From: Acidimicrobiia bacterium
Lineage (GTDB): Bacteria; Acidobacteriota; Vicinamibacteria; Vicinamibacterales; UBA2999
DNA: 64,000 nucleotides
NCBI GenBank assembly: GCA_016871255.1
Contig: VFZH01000004.1
Span: forward strand, 567-64,566
Reading direction: 5' to 3'
Below are positions 63,436 through 64,000 of this stretch, piece after piece (the stretch's first letter is position 1; every line of letters begins with the position of its first letter). Both the position numbers and the translations under genes were made by a program. The notes beneath the pieces were generated by a model. It was not told where the DNA came from. It saw only the letters and a list, made by a program, of their open reading frames with translations, and did not search any database.

Positions 63436-64000
63436 ATGCCTCCGGCTGGAGACAGCCCTCCCAGGGGAACCGACCGCGATCTGGCCTCCATTGCCGAGGC
63501 CCGGGCGCTCGCGCGCACGGCGCGCGCCGCGCAGGACGCCCTCGCCGAGATCTCCCAGGAACGGATCGACGCGATCGTGACGGCCATGGCCCAGGCGGTG
63601 ACGCCGCACGCCGAGGCGCTCGCGAGGCTCGCCGTCGAAGAAACCGGATACGGGGTCGTCGCCGACAAGACGCAGAAGAACCTCTTCAGTTCCCGACAGG
63701 TCTACGAGTTCATCAGGCCCATGCGCACGGTGGGCGTGATCCGTCGCCTCGACGATCGCCGCGTGGTCGAGATCGCCGAACCCTTCGGCGTCGTCGCCGC
63801 CGTCGTGCCCTCGACCAACCCGACATCCACCGCCATCTACAAGGTGCTGATCGCGCTGAAGGCCCGCTGCGCCATCGTGGTCAGCCCCCACCCGTCGGCG
63901 GCCCGGTGCATCACGCGCACCGTCGAGATCATGGCCGAGGCGGCCGCCCGCGCCGGTGCGCCGGCCGGCAGCATCGGCTGGATGACGCACGTCACGCTGG
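63436..64000 (+). CDS. Aldehyde dehydrogenase family protein (CoA-acylating, EutE/acetaldehyde dehydrogenase-like), 3' end lies outside the window
   Basis: I translated it by hand: ...QERIDAIVTAMAQAV...LARLAVEETGYGVVADKTQKN...EPFGVVAAVVPSTNPTSTAIYKVLIALKARCAIVVSPHP. It is absent from the track because the window contains no stop codon. Confidence 0.85.
   Translation, partial: MPPAGDSPPRGTDRDLASIAEARALARTARAAQDALAEISQERIDAIVTAMAQAVTPHAEALARLAVEETGYGVVADKTQKNLFSSRQVYEFIRPMRTVGVIRRLDDRRVVEIAEPFGVVAAVVPSTNPTSTAIYKVLIALKARCAIVVSPHPSAARCITRTVEIMAEAAARAGAPAGSIGWMTHVTL

Noticed and set aside
1-64000. CRISPR arrays, rRNA genes, prophage or integrase-flanked islands, and defence systems.
   Set aside because: On reading the sequence I saw no regularly spaced direct repeats of 25-40 nt, no rRNA-like conserved blocks, and no phage, integrase, reverse-transcriptase or restriction-like ORFs. 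The only tyrosine recombinase is a typical XerD. This was a visual scan, not a computational search.

Overview
A very GC-rich (about 70% by eye, not computed) chromosomal segment that is densely packed with housekeeping genes. It is probably from an Acidobacteriota-like Gram-negative organism; this phylum guess is unverified. On the + strand, in order: priA (5' partial), der, a MerR regulator, tRNA-Pro(GGG), psd-pssA, guaA-dnaE-accA-recJ, the conserved lptC/A-lptB-rpoN-hpf-hprK-rapZ-EIIA(Man)-HPr-EI block, recN-miaB-nuclease-parA-parB, a fused lptF/G, murQ plus a serine hydrolase, and a Big/PKD lipoprotein. On the - strand: an M50 protease, HU/IHF, a PAP2 phosphatase, a 1327-aa NtrY-like sensor kinase, a PQQ-type beta-propeller, tolQ-tolR-tolA-tolB-pal-cpoB-ssb-cupin, a PHP hydrolase, xerD, and a 9.8-kb type-IV-filament (T2SS/T4P-like) operon. 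The only mobile DNA is one intact IS (5421-7005) beside tRNA-Pro; it appears to clip the PAP2 gene. The signals I consider most noteworthy and not explained by the ORF track are: (1) a 28-bp dif-like XerC/D site at 44170-44197, directly after parB and 4 kb from xerD, with a change in coding-strand bias around it; (2) a type-IV-filament operon whose secretin combines a lipobox and TPR N-terminus with a C-terminal cohesin-like module and carries two low-GC, rare-codon patches; (3) Lpt machinery encoded as fusions (LptC-LptA-like, 733 aa; LptF-LptG, 764 aa); (4) a perfect 12-bp palindrome upstream of recN, a candidate SOS operator; (5) an orphan Phd/YefM-like antitoxin gene with paired palindromic repeats upstream and no toxin; (6) several small intergenic repeats. 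I saw no CRISPR array, rRNA or prophage. Many very long ORFs in the track are antisense artefacts of the high GC content.
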